A stretch of DNA of 64,000 nt. It comes from Nitrospirota bacterium. Lineage in GTDB: Bacteria > Nitrospirota > UBA9217. Below, in pieces: positions 61,551 through 64,000 of this stretch. The notes under the pieces were generated by a model that made no database searches, was not told the origin of the DNA, and saw only the letters and a list, made by a program, of their open reading frames with translations. Position numbers and translations under genes: made by a program. The stretch's first letter is position 1; each line of letters starts with the position of its first letter. The DNA is taken from contig CAWFSF010000005.1 of assembly GCA_963818475.1 (NCBI GenBank), positions 320,001 through 384,000 of the forward strand, read 5' to 3'.

Positions 61551-62039
61551 TCATCGATACTTCCTCACCACCGCGGTCACGACCCCGGCGATCTTGAGCT
61601 CCACCTTCGGCCTGATCGGCTGATATTTGGGGTTCGCCGGCAGCAGGACCACGTCCTCTCCCCGCTTCCTCAGGTACTTCATGGTCCACTGGCCGTCAAC
61701 TTCGGCGATCACGATGTCGCCGCTCTTCGCCACCTGCCCCTTGTCCACGATCACCATGTCGCCCGGCATGATGCCGGCGCCGGTCATGGAATCGCCCGAG
61801 ACCTTGATCAGGAAGCTCGCTTCGCGGTTCTGGATCAAGAGGTCGTCGAGGGAGATATTGTCTGCAAGGGATTCTTCGGCAGGGCTCGGGAACCCGGCCT
61901 CGATGGTGCCGAGCATTTGGAGCGGTGCGGCATGCGACAGGGGAATGAGCCTGAATTTCACGTCTTGCTCCAGAACATCGGGATCTATGAGCGTTCCGAT
62001 ACCTGGCAGGAGCTGCTTTTCCTTCTCATGAGTAAGCAT
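61551..62039 (-). CDS. LexA/UmuD-like S24 peptidase lacking a full DNA-binding domain
   Basis: Cleavage site AGFPSPAE, catalytic VSGDSM and TMKYL; only about 40 aa precede the A-G site. Confidence 0.88.
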   Translation of the reverse strand: MLTHEKEKQLLPGIGTLIDPDVLEQDVKFRLIPLSHAAPLQMLGTIEAGFPSPAEESLADNISLDDLLIQNREASFLIKVSGDSMTGAGIMPGDMVIVDKGQVAKSGDIVIAEVDGQWTMKYLRKRGEDVVLLPANPKYQPIRPKVELKIAGVVTAVVRKYR

Positions 62040-62045
62040 GCCCCC

Positions 62046-62074
62046 AGTATAGGTGAACATATGTTCACTGTCAA
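62046..62074 (-). promoter_or_regulatory. Consensus sigma70 promoter with an operator palindrome (putative SOS box)
   Basis: TTGACA-GTGAACATATGTTCACC-TATACT; perfect 16-bp palindrome containing GAAC-N4-GTTC. Confidence 0.8.
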
Positions 62075-62336
62075 GGCGGATTAAAGGACCAGGTATGTTT
62101 CTCGCAATGGTCTCAGACCACGATGAGCTCGCAAAGGGAACCTTGAACCAAAAGATTGGGTTCTTTCGCATGCTAGTTAATGAAGCAGATTTTAGAAAAA
62201 CCTTTCAGGAGAAATGGAGAAGGATGGTGAAATGGGGGATTAACTCTTATTAAAAGGCTGTTACCCCTTTTCTCCCACTTCCCCCTTTCTCCTCTTAAGG
62301 TTCTTGATCTAAATTTCGATTTTCATGTGGTTTAAG

Positions 62337-62400
62337 CTTTTCTTGGCGACCTTTCCGAGCTTGGCGAGAGACGCCTCAGGGTTTTGGTTTGTCCGGGTTA
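62337..62400. repeat. Partial copy of the CGCAAAG-family element
   Basis: Reverse complement AACCCGGACAAACC...GGCGTCTCTCGCCAAG matches the 33921-33975 arm. Confidence 0.6.
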
Positions 62401-62403
62401 GTC

Positions 62404-63204
62404 TCACCCGATCTGAAAGCAGCGCATCGAGATCGATCCGTGCTGAAACCCCTCATGGATGAACGTGATCGGCTCGCCCTTTTCCTGGAGCGCGATGGCG
62501 TAGATCATCGGCAGATAGTGGTCCAGCGTCGGCACTGCCAGAGCAGCGGCTTTTCCATTGCCCAGGTACTGGATGAGGCCGCGATGCTCTCCGCGAAGCA
62601 AATGCTGTTTGACCTGCTCATCGAACTCCTGCGCCCACGCATAGGGCGCCGCATCGATGTTCTCGAAATCAATATGCCTGAGATTATGCACGATGTTGCC
62701 GCTCCCGATGATCAAGACGCCCCGGTCCCGCAATCTCGCCCAGCTCGGCAGCCAGATCGTAATGATACTGCAGCGGTTTCGGATGCCAGTCATTGAATGA
62801 ATAATCGAGGCTCATCTCGAAGACCGGGATATCGGCGTCAGGATAGATATGTTTGAGGATCGCCCAGGACGCATGGTCCAGCCCCCAGTTGCGGTCGCAG
62901 CCCACCTTCGCTTTGTGCACAACGCTCGGTCGCAAATTCCGCTTCAGCAGGAGAGCCCGGACTCGGATAGGTCTCTTCGTAGAGCTCTTCGGGGAATCCG
63001 TAAAAATCATAGATCATGCGAGGCTTGTCAGCGCAGGTGACGAAGGTGCCGTTCGTGAGCCAGTGAGCGGAGACGACCATGATCGCTTTGGGTTTCGGCA
63101 GGCTGCTTCCCGAGTGCGGCAAGACTTCGCGTGAAGGTATTATCCAGCACGATATTCATCGGCGACCCGTGACCGATGAAGAGGACTGGCATTTTCATGG
63201 TCAT
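62404..63204 (-). CDS. ygiD: 4,5-DOPA extradiol dioxygenase (YgiD/LigB family), frameshifted
   Basis: LFIGHGSPMN, VSAHW, IYDFYGFP.ELY, WGLDH.SW, GSGNIVHNL, PT.DHYLP, SISMR. Confidence 0.88.
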
Positions 63205-63290
63205 AATTTCTCCTTTTTACTTTCTGGTCTTATGACTTTTGTATGGTCGTTAAATTGTCTATGGGTTTATTTATACCATACAGTGGCTTT

Positions 63291-63473
63291 ACTCCTTGTC
63301 ACCTTTCTTGCGTGCCCAAGAAAGGTGACCCAAAGAAGGGCACCCGGCGAAAATTCTTTACGCCATGCTCGGTCGTCCTCGGTACATTTCGGAAACTCGC
63401 CCTTCGGGCTCAGACAGTCCGAAATGCTTCACCCTCGGACTCGGTCGCCTGGCTAAATTTTCGCATGGGAACC
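63291..63473 (-). repeat. 183-bp structured dispersed repeat, copy 2 (inverted)
   Basis: Near-identical reverse complement of 46267..46449. Confidence 0.9.
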
Positions 63474-63510
63474 AAACAACAAGCTCCGCTTCTAATCCTT
63501 ACCCAACCCC

Positions 63511-63701
63511 GCACGTCCCCGGAGCGGACCTATGAGATTTTTGGGCACCAGTCTTGGCCTAAGGAAGCGTCCCGCAGGGCGAACGCGCACTGTCTGAGGC
63601 CGACCTGTCCCGACAAAGTCGGGGAGGCCGAGTTTGCGCGGTCGAGCGGACGTGGCCTTAGACGGGTCAAAAATTTCATTAAGGACGCGAAGGGGATGTG
63701 C
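63511..63701. repeat. About 190-bp long-hairpin element sharing a core with the 183-bp repeat
   Basis: Arms GCACGTCCCC/GGGGATGTGC, nested stems, core ACTGTCTGAG...CGAGTTT. Confidence 0.6.
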
Positions 63702-63776
63702 AAAAAAAACATACCTCATTCTTTTTAGGATGCAACCAGAATAAAAACGGTAACATCAGGCCCGGAAGACCCGTAT

Positions 63777-64000
63777 TTACCGTATCCGCACTCTGCCGCC
63801 GTCATGCACGGCGTCATCAGGGTGGGTGATGACGACCTGTCCTTCAGTAAGTCCCGGACCGGATCTCCGCGACCAAGCCATTGCGCTGGCCGACCTCAAC
63901 ACTGCGCTGACGGGCGGTCTTCTGTTCGACCGTGAATACCGCCCAGCCTTCACCTTTCCGGAACAGGGCGCTTGCCGGGACCTGAAGTACGTCAGCTCCC
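63777..64000 (-). CDS. Efflux transporter periplasmic adaptor subunit, C-terminal part
   Basis: Manual translation VLQVPASALFRKGEGWAVF...VEVGQRNG..AEI.SG/LTEGQVVITHP, with one frameshift. Confidence 0.75.
   Translation of the reverse strand, partial: ELTYFRSRQAPCSGKVKAGRYSRSNRRPPVSAVLRSASAMAWSRRSGPGLTEGQVVITHPDDAVHDGGRVRIR

Noticed and set aside
62040-62171. Longer start that would give a full-length LexA
   Set aside because: The extension crosses the promoter/operator and shows no wHTH pattern

Overview
A 64-kb bacterial chromosomal segment. Gene content and order suggest an anaerobic Nitrospirota/Desulfobacterota-type organism, but this is inference only. Many GC-rich housekeeping genes carry single-base frameshifts (acetolactate synthase-like, aldehyde dehydrogenase, citrate synthase, aconitase, lptD, folC, amidase, DinG, cfa, ygiD), most likely long-read indel errors. 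The core blocks are TCA/aldehyde genes at 17.9-24.5 kb, an envelope cluster (amidase-GerMN-murI-anti-sigma-folC-lptD-cutA) at 28-35.7 kb, DinG, and a cfa plus geranylgeranyl-reductase-like pair. Three lower-GC accessory tracts (3.2-7.8 kb, 14.1-17.9 kb, 51.4-61.1 kb) hold minus-strand single genes separated by integron attC-like hairpins (about 8 good, 5 eroded), with no integrase in the window. The middle tract is bounded by imperfect TG...CA inverted ends carrying repeated AAACAATWAAGTC sites and a near-perfect 5-bp target duplication. It looks like a transposase-less Tn7/Tn5053-like mini-transposon carrying only integron cassettes. Also present: a sigma54 activator facing a -24/-12 promoter that drives amidohydrolase-aas-lplT, an HTH-less LexA/UmuD-like gene with an operator palindrome inside a consensus promoter, several apparently leaderless genes, and several families of dispersed palindromic repeats. 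No rRNA, tRNA or CRISPR array was seen.
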